Positions 1 to 9,375 of a stretch of 64,000 nucleotides of DNA are shown here, one piece after another. The position numbers and the translations under genes were made by a program. The first letter of the stretch is position 1, and every line of letters begins with the position of its first letter. Under the pieces are notes generated by a model. It was not told where the DNA came from. It ran no database searches and saw nothing but the letters and a program-made list of their open reading frames with translations. Location of the stretch: the NCBI GenBank assembly GCA_020057295.1, contig JAGVGF010000002.1, positions 1-64,000 of the forward strand, given 5' to 3'. This DNA comes from an archaeon. Its GTDB lineage: Archaea > Nanobdellota > Nanobdellia > Woesearchaeales > UBA9642.

Positions 1-130
1 ACATTATTCCAAAGAATAGTGCAAATGTGAATCCCCACGTTTCTGAAATTCCCCAAACGAAGAATGTGGATATAAAGAATCCTATAATACTTGTTAACAT
101 AAACCCTGCTGATAAATGTGCATATCTCAT
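1..130 (-). CDS. small membrane protein, runs off the window edge (MRYAHLSAGFMLTSIIGFFISTFFVWGISETWGFTFALFFGIM...)
   Basis: Manual translation; ATG at 130 preceded by GAGGTG SD; hydrophobic; not in ORF track. Confidence 0.7.
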   Translation of the reverse strand, partial: MRYAHLSAGFMLTSIIGFFISTFFVWGISETWGFTFALFFGIM

Positions 131-189
131 ATTGACACCTCAATTATATAATTATGTTCTATCTTGGTCTAGATGATTTATATAGTTTA

Positions 190-1140
190 TCACTTTATGA
201 TATATTTGCCGTTCATGAATCTATCTAACATTTGTTCGTGTTCTATCATTAACCATCTTAGTCTTTTTTTATCCCAATTAGTTCGCATGACTGCAGCAGC
301 ATGTAATATAGTATATAATCTGATTATCTCTTTATCTTCTGATGAAAATTTTTTGCTATATCCTTGTAGAAAACTACTAAATTCAGGAATTTGTTTAGTT
401 TTTAATAATATCCAATACCAAGCTTGTCCAATATCTCCTAAATTGTGTCCTTTCATTGCACTATCAAAATCATAGATGCCTGTTATTGTTCCTTCTTTTG
501 TAGCATTTAGATTATAGAAATGAAAATCTCCGTGTAAATTTACAAATTTATTGTTCTTTGCCTTGCTTAATAATTTTGATAATTTTAGAAATTCTCTTTT
601 TAGAAATAGATACTGTTCTTTTTTCAAAGATTTTTTAGCAAACTTCAAATATTTTCTTATACGTTTATTCGTCCAAGATTTCCATTCTTTAATACTTTTT
701 ATTTCATGTTTTTGATGTATCCAAAATTTTTGTATTTTTAGATTATGTATTTTTCTTAATACTTTACCGCTATTATATAATAATTTCTTTTTAGTATGTT
801 TATCGGAATATTTGTATATCTTAAACAGATTTTCTCCCTTTAATAACTCCATAATCATTATTCCGTAGTCTGATATTGTTTGAGTTGTAAATATTTTTGG
901 GGCTGGAATATTTTTCTTATTAAGATATCTTAGTATTTGTATATTTTTGTTCAATTCTTCATCATGCTTAACTTTATATATCTTTACTGCTAATTTTTTC
1001 GTGGGATGAATTATAGAAACAGTATATACTTTACTAACTAACCCGTTAGAGAATCTTTTAAAACTATTTATTGATGCTTTAGGAAACGTTTTCCGTATTT
1101 CCAGCAAAACCTCTGCTTTTCTAAATCTTAGTGTTGTCAT
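190..1140 (-). CDS. aminoglycoside phosphotransferase/choline kinase-like protein
   Basis: Brenner motif HGDFHFYNL and YDFD; AVKIY kinase lysine. Confidence 0.8.
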   Translation of the reverse strand: MTTLRFRKAEVLLEIRKTFPKASINSFKRFSNGLVSKVYTVSIIHPTKKLAVKIYKVKHDEELNKNIQILRYLNKKNIPAPKIFTTQTISDYGIMIMELLKGENLFKIYKYSDKHTKKKLLYNSGKVLRKIHNLKIQKFWIHQKHEIKSIKEWKSWTNKRIRKYLKFAKKSLKKEQYLFLKREFLKLSKLLSKAKNNKFVNLHGDFHFYNLNATKEGTITGIYDFDSAMKGHNLGDIGQAWYWILLKTKQIPEFSSFLQGYSKKFSSEDKEIIRLYTILHAAAVMRTNWDKKRLRWLMIEHEQMLDRFMNGKYIIK

Positions 1141-1598
1141 TTGAATATCTCATCAACGACTTTTAACGCTGCTTCCTTATTTTTTGGAAATGCTGCAATG
1201 TGCATTCTTATGTGAAAGCAGTCTCCTGAATCTGTTAATTCTACAATATCTTTTAGTAATAATTCCTTGTTTAATCTTATGTAGAAAAATAAATCATCGT
1301 CAAGTCTTGAACTTTTTTGTGCTCTTAATGTTTCATAATATGGTTTTAATAATTCTTTTAATGTTTTAACAAATTGTGTTGCATGCGTTTCTTTTAATAT
1401 TTCTAGAGTGTATGTTTTTATTTTTCTGTTTTCAAAACTTTCAACAGTTTCTTCTTTAATTACTAATTTCTCTTTGTCAAAGTCTAAGGGTAATAGTTTA
1501 TTAAATACTTTTTTAGTGTTTTCTATTACTTCTGGTTTTCCGAAATATTCTTCAGGTTTTAGAAAAACGGTTATTTTTGCATTATGAATATATTTCAT
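1137..1598 (-). CDS. archaeal RNA-binding protein (DUF54/COG1325-like)
   Basis: RLDDDLFFYIRLNK...DSGDCFHIRM..AAFP pattern; ATGA overlap with kinase gene. Confidence 0.7.
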   Translation of the reverse strand: MKYIHNAKITVFLKPEEYFGKPEVIENTKKVFNKLLPLDFDKEKLVIKEETVESFENRKIKTYTLEILKETHATQFVKTLKELLKPYYETLRAQKSSRLDDDLFFYIRLNKELLLKDIVELTDSGDCFHIRMHIAAFPKNKEAALKVVDEIFK

Positions 1599-1689
1599 AC
1601 CGTTAATGTTAGTGTATTATTAATATATTTTGCGGATTACATATAACTTTTTAAATATCTAATATACTATTCTATGATTAGAGGTGTGT

Positions 1690-2796
1690 ATGTCTAATAT
1701 TGAGGATTGGATTAAGGATCAAAAACTTAAGGGATATTCTGATAAACAGTTAGAACAACATCTTGTAGGTCAAGGATATAATAAGGAGGAAGTTGATAAA
1801 ATTCTTCTTAATGTTGATACAGGACATGGCAGTGTTAAACCTAAGAGAAGTATTTGGCTTACTATACTTATCATTATTGGAATAATTTTTCTAATATTTA
1901 TGGTATTAAGTGTTGTTGCATATTTTACATTTAGGCCTATTGTTGTTGCTATGATTGAGAAATATTCTTCAAATGTTACTGATGAATTGCTGTCTGGTGG
2001 AAATTTTACACGAATTAATAATAATGCGTCAATTTCTAATATTACACGTGTTAATGTGACTTCTAATACTTCTATTGTAAATAATTCCGTTATCAATGTT
2101 ACTCAAACGAATAATACAAATATTACTAATACAACAATAAACACTTCTGTTAATACTGCTGTTTGTGGCAATAATCATTTAGATGTCAATGAATCCTGTG
2201 ATGGCAGATTACTTAATGATGTGTATTGTTGGAATATTAACACTTCGAATGGTAAAAAATTCAATGGTGGAACTTTAAAGTGTAGTTCTAACTGTACATT
2301 CGATACTTCTAGCTGTACATATTGTGGTGATAATGTTATTAGCACTAATTCTGGTGAAGAATGTGAAATTATTGGCGGAAAAGTATTTTCTACAGTATTT
2401 TTCAAAGGAAGTAATCCTCATGAATGGGAATTAAGTAAAATTAATCCTTGTATAAATTTTGGTTACGCTTCAGGAAGCGTATTTTGTGGTGATACTTGTA
2501 GAATTAATGTTTCAGGATGTGCTACTAAACTTAATGCAACATGTGGCAATGGTTTATTAGAGGGAAATGAAGAATGTGATTTTGGAGTTATTGGTAAATT
2601 TAATGAATCTGTATGTTCTAATTTTATAGCTACTGGTAGAAGTCTTACTGTTCTGAATGGTACTAATGTATCTATTACTGGAATAATTACAGGTGGGAAT
2701 AGTACACACATAATATATACTCCTAGGTATAATGTTGGGAATTTAGCATGTACTCAAGAATGTAAGCACGATTATAGTGGTTGTGGTTATCAGTAA
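1690..2796 (+). CDS. membrane-anchored Cys-rich surface protein (CG[ND]...E-C repeats)
   Basis: One TM helix, Asn/Thr-rich stalk, three CGN/CGD..EEC-type repeats; ATG 1690 after GAGGTG. Confidence 0.75.
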   Translation: MSNIEDWIKDQKLKGYSDKQLEQHLVGQGYNKEEVDKILLNVDTGHGSVKPKRSIWLTILIIIGIIFLIFMVLSVVAYFTFRPIVVAMIEKYSSNVTDELLSGGNFTRINNNASISNITRVNVTSNTSIVNNSVINVTQTNNTNITNTTINTSVNTAVCGNNHLDVNESCDGRLLNDVYCWNINTSNGKKFNGGTLKCSSNCTFDTSSCTYCGDNVISTNSGEECEIIGGKVFSTVFFKGSNPHEWELSKINPCINFGYASGSVFCGDTCRINVSGCATKLNATCGNGLLEGNEECDFGVIGKFNESVCSNFIATGRSLTVLNGTNVSITGIITGGNSTHIIYTPRYNVGNLACTQECKHDYSGCGYQ

Positions 2797-2827
2797 CTTT
2801 TATAAACTTAGTATATTATCTATTATT

Positions 2828-3583
2828 ATGGGGTTGATTAGTCAATTTTTTGATATAATATTACATTTAGATAAATATTTAGGTATTGTTATCTCTACAT
2901 ATGGTGTATGGACTTATGCTATATTGTTTGCAATAGTTTTTTTAGAAACAGGATTAGTATTAACTCCTTTTCTTCCAGGTGATTCATTACTGTTTGCTGC
3001 AGGAGCATTAGCAGGCATAGGATTATTGAATATATGGGTATTATTTACTGTACTGCTATTAGCTGCAATTCTTGGCGATACAATGAATTATTGGGTTGGA
3101 AATTTCTTAGGCAATAAAGTTTTAGATTACAGACCAGTATTTATGAACAAATTTATTACTAAATATCATACTGAAAATTCTAGACTTTTAAGCAAAAGTT
3201 TTCTAAATCCTAAACACACTGTCAATCATATTATTTATTGGATATACAAATATATTATTAATGATAAAAATATTAATATGACTAAGAAATTCTTTACTAA
3301 ACATGGTTCAAAAACTATCATACTTGCCAGATTCGTTCCTATAGTTAGAACATTTGCACCATTCCTTGCTGGAATTGGTAAAATGGATTATTGGAAATTT
3401 TTAGCATATAATATTGTTGGTGCTATAATGTGGGTTGCAGTATTCTGTCTTGGAGGATACTTTTTTGGTAATCTTGCATGGGTTCAACAAAATTTTACTC
3501 TAGTACTTATAATAATTATTTTATTATCATTAATGCCTGCAGTATATCATTTGATTAAAGAAGGCGTGTTTAAGGGAGAGTAA
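2828..3583 (+). CDS. DedA/VTT family membrane protein
   Basis: ETGL..PFLPGDSLLFAAG, GD..NYW.G, ARFVPIVRTFAPFLAG motifs. Confidence 0.92.
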   Translation: MGLISQFFDIILHLDKYLGIVISTYGVWTYAILFAIVFLETGLVLTPFLPGDSLLFAAGALAGIGLLNIWVLFTVLLLAAILGDTMNYWVGNFLGNKVLDYRPVFMNKFITKYHTENSRLLSKSFLNPKHTVNHIIYWIYKYIINDKNINMTKKFFTKHGSKTIILARFVPIVRTFAPFLAGIGKMDYWKFLAYNIVGAIMWVAVFCLGGYFFGNLAWVQQNFTLVLIIIILLSLMPAVYHLIKEGVFKGE

Positions 3584-3584
3584 T

Positions 3585-4535
3585 ATGAAACATACATGGA
3601 AGATTACAATAATGCTTGTCGCATTTTTTATATTAGCACAAGTTGTTGGATTATGGTTATTAAATCTTGAATCACAAGTTAGTATTGATACTAAAACTAA
3701 TGAGACCGTAATTAACTATAGTGATACAGCAGTTGGTCCAAGACCAGAAACTCGCGGATCAGGAAGTTTAATATATATTTTAGCTGCAGTATTTATTGGA
3801 ACATTACTTGTATTATTAATTGTTAAATATGGTAAAGTAAATATTTGGAAGACATGGTTTTTCTTAGCTGTATGGATGGCATTAAGTGTTGCAATAGGAG
3901 TATTTACTCATAAGACTGCTAATCTTGGTTACGGTTTTATTCTTGACCCTTGGGCGATGATTATCGCGTTGCCGTTTGTAATTTGGAAAATCTTCAAGCC
4001 TAACATTATTGTTCATAATGTTACTGAAGTTTTAATGTATGCAGGAATTGCATTAATTCTTGTTCCTTTATTTGGTGGAGAAGTATTATGGGTTATAATA
4101 TTATTAGTTATAATGTCATTATATGATATGTATGCTGTTTGGAAGAGTAAACATATGGTTAAGATGGCTAAATTTCAGAGTAAGAGCGAATTGTTTGCTG
4201 GATTAAAAGTTCCTTACGGTACTCCTCCTAAGAAAGTTACTGTAAGACTTAGCTCATCTAAGACAATGCGCGTTAATGAACGACCAAAAGTTGCAATTTT
4301 AGGTGGTGGAGATATTGCATTCCCGTTAATATTTATTGGAACTGTAATGTCTGGATTAATAATTGCGGGCTTATCTAAGAGTACAGCATTTTTACAATCA
4401 AGTATTATAATATTTACAACGGCAGTTGCACTATTATTGTTGTTCATATTTGCAAAGAAAGACAGATTCTATCCTGCAATGCCATTCATCACAGCAGGAT
4501 GTTTAATTGGATGGGCAATAACATTACTTTTGTAA
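3585..4535 (+). CDS. presenilin/SPP-family intramembrane aspartyl protease
   Basis: YD, LGGGD and PAMP catalytic motifs; multi-TM. Confidence 0.9.
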   Translation: MKHTWKITIMLVAFFILAQVVGLWLLNLESQVSIDTKTNETVINYSDTAVGPRPETRGSGSLIYILAAVFIGTLLVLLIVKYGKVNIWKTWFFLAVWMALSVAIGVFTHKTANLGYGFILDPWAMIIALPFVIWKIFKPNIIVHNVTEVLMYAGIALILVPLFGGEVLWVIILLVIMSLYDMYAVWKSKHMVKMAKFQSKSELFAGLKVPYGTPPKKVTVRLSSSKTMRVNERPKVAILGGGDIAFPLIFIGTVMSGLIIAGLSKSTAFLQSSIIIFTTAVALLLLFIFAKKDRFYPAMPFITAGCLIGWAITLLL

Positions 4536-4537
4536 AA

Positions 4538-5578
4538 TTATTTTTTATTCTTTAAATATTCGTATATTCCGTTAGTGTATTGTCTCCAGTAATGTACTTG
4601 GTCTTGTACTAATAAATCATAATGCATTATATGTTCTGCTATTTCTGATTTGAATGATTCTATACTTTCATTTAATTCTTTAGGATTTCTTGCATTAAGA
4701 TATAGTATCATGTCGTAATCTCCAACCATTTGGCCTGCATAGAATATGTTTCTAAGTTTCTGGAAGGGTTTTTTCATTGTTTCTAATGGTGTATCTTGTT
4801 CTAATCTTACGAGAAGATAGTATGTTACAAAATTCATTTTCTGCAAGTTTGGTATGCCGCCAAAATTTAGTATTATCTTATTTTTTATGAGGTGTGTTAT
4901 TCTGCTCTTGACTGTTTGTCTATCAATTTTTAATTTTCTGCTTATATCAATTAATGACGCTCTAGGATTATCTGCTAATAATTTTAATATCTCTATTTCT
5001 GTAATGTTCGGAGTATATTTTTCAAAATTTTTCCCTACTGGAAATCTTTTTGTTGTTAGTATGTTACTGAATGAGTGATCGTGTTTTTTTTCGAAATTTG
5101 TCTCAAGATCTAGTACAGGATTTAATTGTGTAAATTCTAAATCTGATAAATGTGTTAATATAATATATTCCTTTACTTCGTTATTGCATAGTTCAAATAA
5201 CTCTTCTCTTATTTGATTTAGATGAAATCCGTCTACTGCATCAACAATTATCTGCATATCGAATCTTCCTATGAATGAATTAATCCACATCACAAATTTG
5301 TGTGTTTTAATCTTTTGATATATTGCATCTTTATCTTTTATGTTAGAACTAAATTTTAACAATATATGATATCTTGTAAATCCTAATCTTCTTGCATCAA
5401 TAAATAGGACATACTGCTTTAGTAACTCGTTTTTCTCTAAATTTTTTAGACGATATGTTACAGAATCTTTAGAAGTGTTTAATGCCTGTCCTATCGTGGT
5501 GTGTGGGATTCTGCAGTTCTGAGCCATTATTTCAAGTAGTTTAAGGTCTTTTTTGTTCATATTGCTCTTTATGCGCAT
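4538..5578 (-). CDS. tandem (double) Lrp/AsnC transcriptional regulator
   Basis: Two HTH+RAM repeats (DLKLLEIMAQNCR...GRFD; EIEILKLLADNPR...GDYD). Confidence 0.88.
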   Translation of the reverse strand: MRIKSNMNKKDLKLLEIMAQNCRIPHTTIGQALNTSKDSVTYRLKNLEKNELLKQYVLFIDARRLGFTRYHILLKFSSNIKDKDAIYQKIKTHKFVMWINSFIGRFDMQIIVDAVDGFHLNQIREELFELCNNEVKEYIILTHLSDLEFTQLNPVLDLETNFEKKHDHSFSNILTTKRFPVGKNFEKYTPNITEIEILKLLADNPRASLIDISRKLKIDRQTVKSRITHLIKNKIILNFGGIPNLQKMNFVTYYLLVRLEQDTPLETMKKPFQKLRNIFYAGQMVGDYDMILYLNARNPKELNESIESFKSEIAEHIMHYDLLVQDQVHYWRQYTNGIYEYLKNKK

Positions 5579-5669
5579 ATTAGTATATAAATTTTCCTCA
5601 TTATTCTCAAAAATAGATAGTAAGTTTATTATAATGTAAAATCTATATAACTACTAGAAGGGGGTTAAA

Positions 5670-6332
5670 ATGAACATAACAACTAATCAAAATGGCTTGG
5701 CTTTTAAGAACGGTTATAACATCGTTGATGCTAAAGGAACTGCTATTATAGGCATGAGTCCTGGTAATAGTTATTTCAAGAGAGAAACTATTGATACACT
5801 AATAACCGAGTGTGCTAAAAAATTCTCTAAAATAATATTAATGATTCCAGATAAACCGGCTGTACATACATACAAAGCTATAGGATATTCGGATAGCGAT
5901 GCTGAGAGAAAAGCAAGATTAAAATGTAATGCATTAGTTAATAATTGTAATTATAGTCTATCTAAAATTAATAATGATGCTATAGTTATAGCTAAGTGGG
6001 ATAATTCTATAGTTAATTCTTCCGAATATAATAATCAATATAACTATTTTAATGAATTATATAATACTAATGAGGCGTTTAGAAAAGATGTTAGAGATAC
6101 AACTAAAAATGTCATTGAAAAGAAAATAAAAGATAATAACAATATCGAATCTGCTATCGATGAAGGAGTAACATATTTGTTAAGTGAGTTGCCATTCATA
6201 ACTACGTGTGCCAAAATGTACGGTCCTATAGGATATATTTATCATAATCATTGGCCCATTTATGAGAATTATATTAATGGAGTTTATGACGGTGTAGAGA
6301 AAAAAGATCTAGGATTTATATTGATGAATTAA
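5670..6332 (+). CDS. tRNA-dependent cyclodipeptide synthase (CDPS), NYH subfamily
   Basis: GMSPGNSYF (GxSxxNxYF), MIPD, YLLSELP (YxxxExP), YH; 220 aa is typical CDPS size. Confidence 0.88.
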   Translation: MNITTNQNGLAFKNGYNIVDAKGTAIIGMSPGNSYFKRETIDTLITECAKKFSKIILMIPDKPAVHTYKAIGYSDSDAERKARLKCNALVNNCNYSLSKINNDAIVIAKWDNSIVNSSEYNNQYNYFNELYNTNEAFRKDVRDTTKNVIEKKIKDNNNIESAIDEGVTYLLSELPFITTCAKMYGPIGYIYHNHWPIYENYINGVYDGVEKKDLGFILMN

Positions 6333-6402
6333 TCTCTTTAATATATATCTCATAAAGAATATTCTATAAGATATATCTTAAAATATATCTATTAAAGTAT
6401 AT

Positions 6403-7764
6403 TTATTTCTTTTTCAAACTCAATATAATAAATATTATCAATGATATTATTACTGCTGGTATGAATGACATCTTTCCTAAGAATGGATATGATCCCCATA
6501 ATATTATTAATCCGAATAGCATAGAATAAAATGCTCCTCTCTCACTTGCTCTCTTCCATAAGAATCCTCCTATAATTGCAGGCGCAAGGACTATTAGTCC
6601 TTCATTTGCTGCCACAGCGAGCTCTACAAGGTTTGGATAAATATACGCGATGAGTATTCCTACTGCTCCTACACAAAGTGTTATTACTCTTCCAATCTTG
6701 AGATATTTCTTTTCGGATGATTTCTTATTTACGAATGTCATGTAGAAATCTTTTGTTAATATCGCACTAATTACCATTATCATAGTATTTAATGTGGATA
6801 ATATCGTGGCTATTAATCCTGCAATTGCTAACCCTAAAATTCCTGTAGGTAAGAATTCTTTTATCACGAGTAGAAATGAATAGTCTGGATTTATTCCCGG
6901 AAGAAATTTTCTTGCAACAAGTCCTACTATTAATGCAATTGCTATAAATGGAATCGTAAGTAATGCAGACCATACTATTATTTTTCTAGCTGTCTTTGCA
7001 TTATTGCTTGCATATATCCTCTGCCATATCTCCATGTATAGTAGGAATGTGGGGAAACCAAATATTATTGCAAACCAGAATAAACCTGCTCCGCCAAAAT
7101 TGTATATGTTCGTGAATCCTGTAGGAAGATCTATAAATAAATTTATTATCCCGTTTGATTTTATTAACATTAATGGAATCATAACAATTACGAGTGCTAT
7201 TATCATCACAATAAAATGTATGATGTCTGTATAGAAATCGCTTTTAACTCCAGATAGTGTTGTATATGCTAAAACTCCTCCTAGCGCGAATATTAATGAC
7301 CAAAACAATCCTTGCCCTCCAAATACTTGAAATATTTGAGACAATCCTAATAATAATCCTGCAAAAAATGTGAAGTATGAGATTATTATAGCTATACTTC
7401 CTATCACTCTTGCCCTGTTTGAATATCTTACTGCTAAAAAATCACCCATTGTGTGAGCTTTATATTTATCCCCAAATACTTTAATCTTTTTTGCAAAAAA
7501 CCATACTAGAACATATCCAATCATTATCAAAGACGCGGCCATTACGGTATATGATATTCCGCTTGAATATGTTGCTGATGATGCAGCAATAACTGTACTT
7601 AGTCCAACCATTGTTGAAAGCGTTGTAAATACTAATAATGTTGTATGAAATTTTCTACCTGCAACCAAGAATGTGTCTAATGTGGATTTTCTTCCAACCC
7701 ATATCGCTACTCCGAAACATATTGCGAGATATGTAAGTATTATTATAATATCTATCGTTTCCAT
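6403..7764 (-). CDS. sodium:solute symporter (SSS/PutP-like)
   Basis: FLVAGR, YTTLSG...TD, WQRIYAS, ATILST motifs; multi-TM. Confidence 0.9.
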   Translation of the reverse strand: METIDIIIILTYLAICFGVAIWVGRKSTLDTFLVAGRKFHTTLLVFTTLSTMVGLSTVIAASSATYSSGISYTVMAASLIMIGYVLVWFFAKKIKVFGDKYKAHTMGDFLAVRYSNRARVIGSIAIIISYFTFFAGLLLGLSQIFQVFGGQGLFWSLIFALGGVLAYTTLSGVKSDFYTDIIHFIVMIIALVIVMIPLMLIKSNGIINLFIDLPTGFTNIYNFGGAGLFWFAIIFGFPTFLLYMEIWQRIYASNNAKTARKIIVWSALLTIPFIAIALIVGLVARKFLPGINPDYSFLLVIKEFLPTGILGLAIAGLIATILSTLNTMIMVISAILTKDFYMTFVNKKSSEKKYLKIGRVITLCVGAVGILIAYIYPNLVELAVAANEGLIVLAPAIIGGFLWKRASERGAFYSMLFGLIILWGSYPFLGKMSFIPAVIISLIIFIILSLKKK

Positions 7765-8537
7765 TTTTTTCTTGTTACGTATATATTAAAGACTGTGCAG
7801 GATTTAACCCATTCATAATCTGGGGCATTATATTTCTTAAACTCTTTTGTAGGTTTACATTCTATAACATCTTGTAATTCTAAATCATTCTTTTGTAATG
7901 CATGTAAATATGTTCTTAATGGCCTTCTATAATTTTTTACTGTCATTCCAGGAAACATATTCCAATTTTTTAATTTTTCTCCCCTATCGCGTCCTAGATA
8001 AATTTTCTTTTGTGACTTCTTTATATTGATTTCTCCGACTGCAAATATTTTTAAATTGTCATCTTCATACGATTCTAGTGTTGCATATATTGGATTATAC
8101 GTTGAGTAAATAAATAACCCGTTTTTTTTAAGTACGCGATTTACTTCATGTAATAATTTGTTCAAGTCTTTAATATAATGTATGGATAGGCTTGCTGTAA
8201 CTATATCGAACGTGTTATCTTCATACGGGATTTTATTCATAGAACCAACTGTAAATTTTGCTTGTGGACATCTCTTTTTCGCAATTTTTACGAGTGTTTT
8301 ACTAATGTCTAATCCACAAACGTCAGCTTCCTTCTTTACATATTCCATAGCATGTGCTCCTGCTCCACATCCTAAATCTAATATTTTTTTACCTTTAATG
8401 TTTCCAAGAGTGTTAATCATTGCAGGCATTTCTAGAAATTCATTGTATGCCCCTTGACGTGTCCTAAAATCTCTTAATTCTTGATATTCAAGTCCGAATG
8501 TGTTATATATTTTTTTAGTATAATTTTCTATATTCAT
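7752..8537 (-). CDS. class I SAM-dependent methyltransferase
   Basis: ILDLGCGAG, GLDIS, FDIV, RVLKKNG. Confidence 0.9.
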   Translation of the reverse strand: MNIENYTKKIYNTFGLEYQELRDFRTRQGAYNEFLEMPAMINTLGNIKGKKILDLGCGAGAHAMEYVKKEADVCGLDISKTLVKIAKKRCPQAKFTVGSMNKIPYEDNTFDIVTASLSIHYIKDLNKLLHEVNRVLKKNGLFIYSTYNPIYATLESYEDDNLKIFAVGEINIKKSQKKIYLGRDRGEKLKNWNMFPGMTVKNYRRPLRTYLHALQKNDLELQDVIECKPTKEFKKYNAPDYEWVKSCTVFNIYVTRKKWKR

Positions 8538-9340
8538 TGAAAGAATCCCTTCAAATTTTTCTGTTTTAACCTTATATTGTATGCTTCTGGATTTATTGTC
8601 ATTAATTCTTTTGCTGGTAAGATTTGTGTTTTTGTGATTACTTGTTTATTTTTTTGTAATTCTTGTTTGATTTTTCTACTTATGTCTAATGGATCTGCTT
8701 TTATTGTCTTTTCGCTGAATCCATTTAATATTACTAATTCTGGAGCTACTTCCCTGATTAATTCAGTTATTTCTTCTATATCTAAGTATGAACTGTTTTT
8801 TTCTGGCTTGTTTAATGTCGTATTTATTATTAGAATATTTGCATCTTTGAACCATTCTACAAAGTTCTTATTGTATTTTGCTTTAGTAATATATCCTAGA
8901 ACAAATTTTGATGTATTTATCTTGTATGAGATTCCTACTTTATTATTTATTGCTTGAATATCAATTCCTCGTATACTTGTTTGTTTCTCTTCTTCTACTG
9001 TTACTATCTTTAGATTTTTTGCATGTTTACTTGTGAGAATACTTTCATCATGTTTAATCAGTTCTTTTGAACAGATTAAATGAATATCTTTATTTGTATG
9101 TTCTATGACTGCGTTAATATCGTTCGTGTAAATTGTGTCTGATGTGCTTGATAATATTATATTGATATTTTTTAATTCAATTTTTGCATTATCTGCTCTT
9201 ATGATTGTTCCTATGCCTGGATCAATTAGTATTTGATTATTGTCTACGTCTAGAATTATTCCTGCTGCTGTCCTATTATTGTTTAATACTTTAATATCTG
9301 ATACTGTTCCGAGCAGTGTAATCTTAGAATTAGTATTCAT
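8534..9340 (-). CDS. metallo-beta-lactamase-fold protein with degenerate metal motif
   Basis: ITLLGT, ILIDPGIGT present; HxHxDH replaced by STSDTIY. Confidence 0.6.
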   Translation of the reverse strand: MNTNSKITLLGTVSDIKVLNNNRTAAGIILDVDNNQILIDPGIGTIIRADNAKIELKNINIILSSTSDTIYTNDINAVIEHTNKDIHLICSKELIKHDESILTSKHAKNLKIVTVEEEKQTSIRGIDIQAINNKVGISYKINTSKFVLGYITKAKYNKNFVEWFKDANILIINTTLNKPEKNSSYLDIEEITELIREVAPELVILNGFSEKTIKADPLDISRKIKQELQKNKQVITKTQILPAKELMTINPEAYNIRLKQKNLKGFFQ

Positions 9341-9375
9341 ACAATGGCTTTAGAATGTGAAATTTATTAATTTTA

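Noticed and set aside
6333-6402. AT-rich nested palindromes between CDPS and symporter
   Set aside because: Low-complexity ATAT sequence; at most a terminator region
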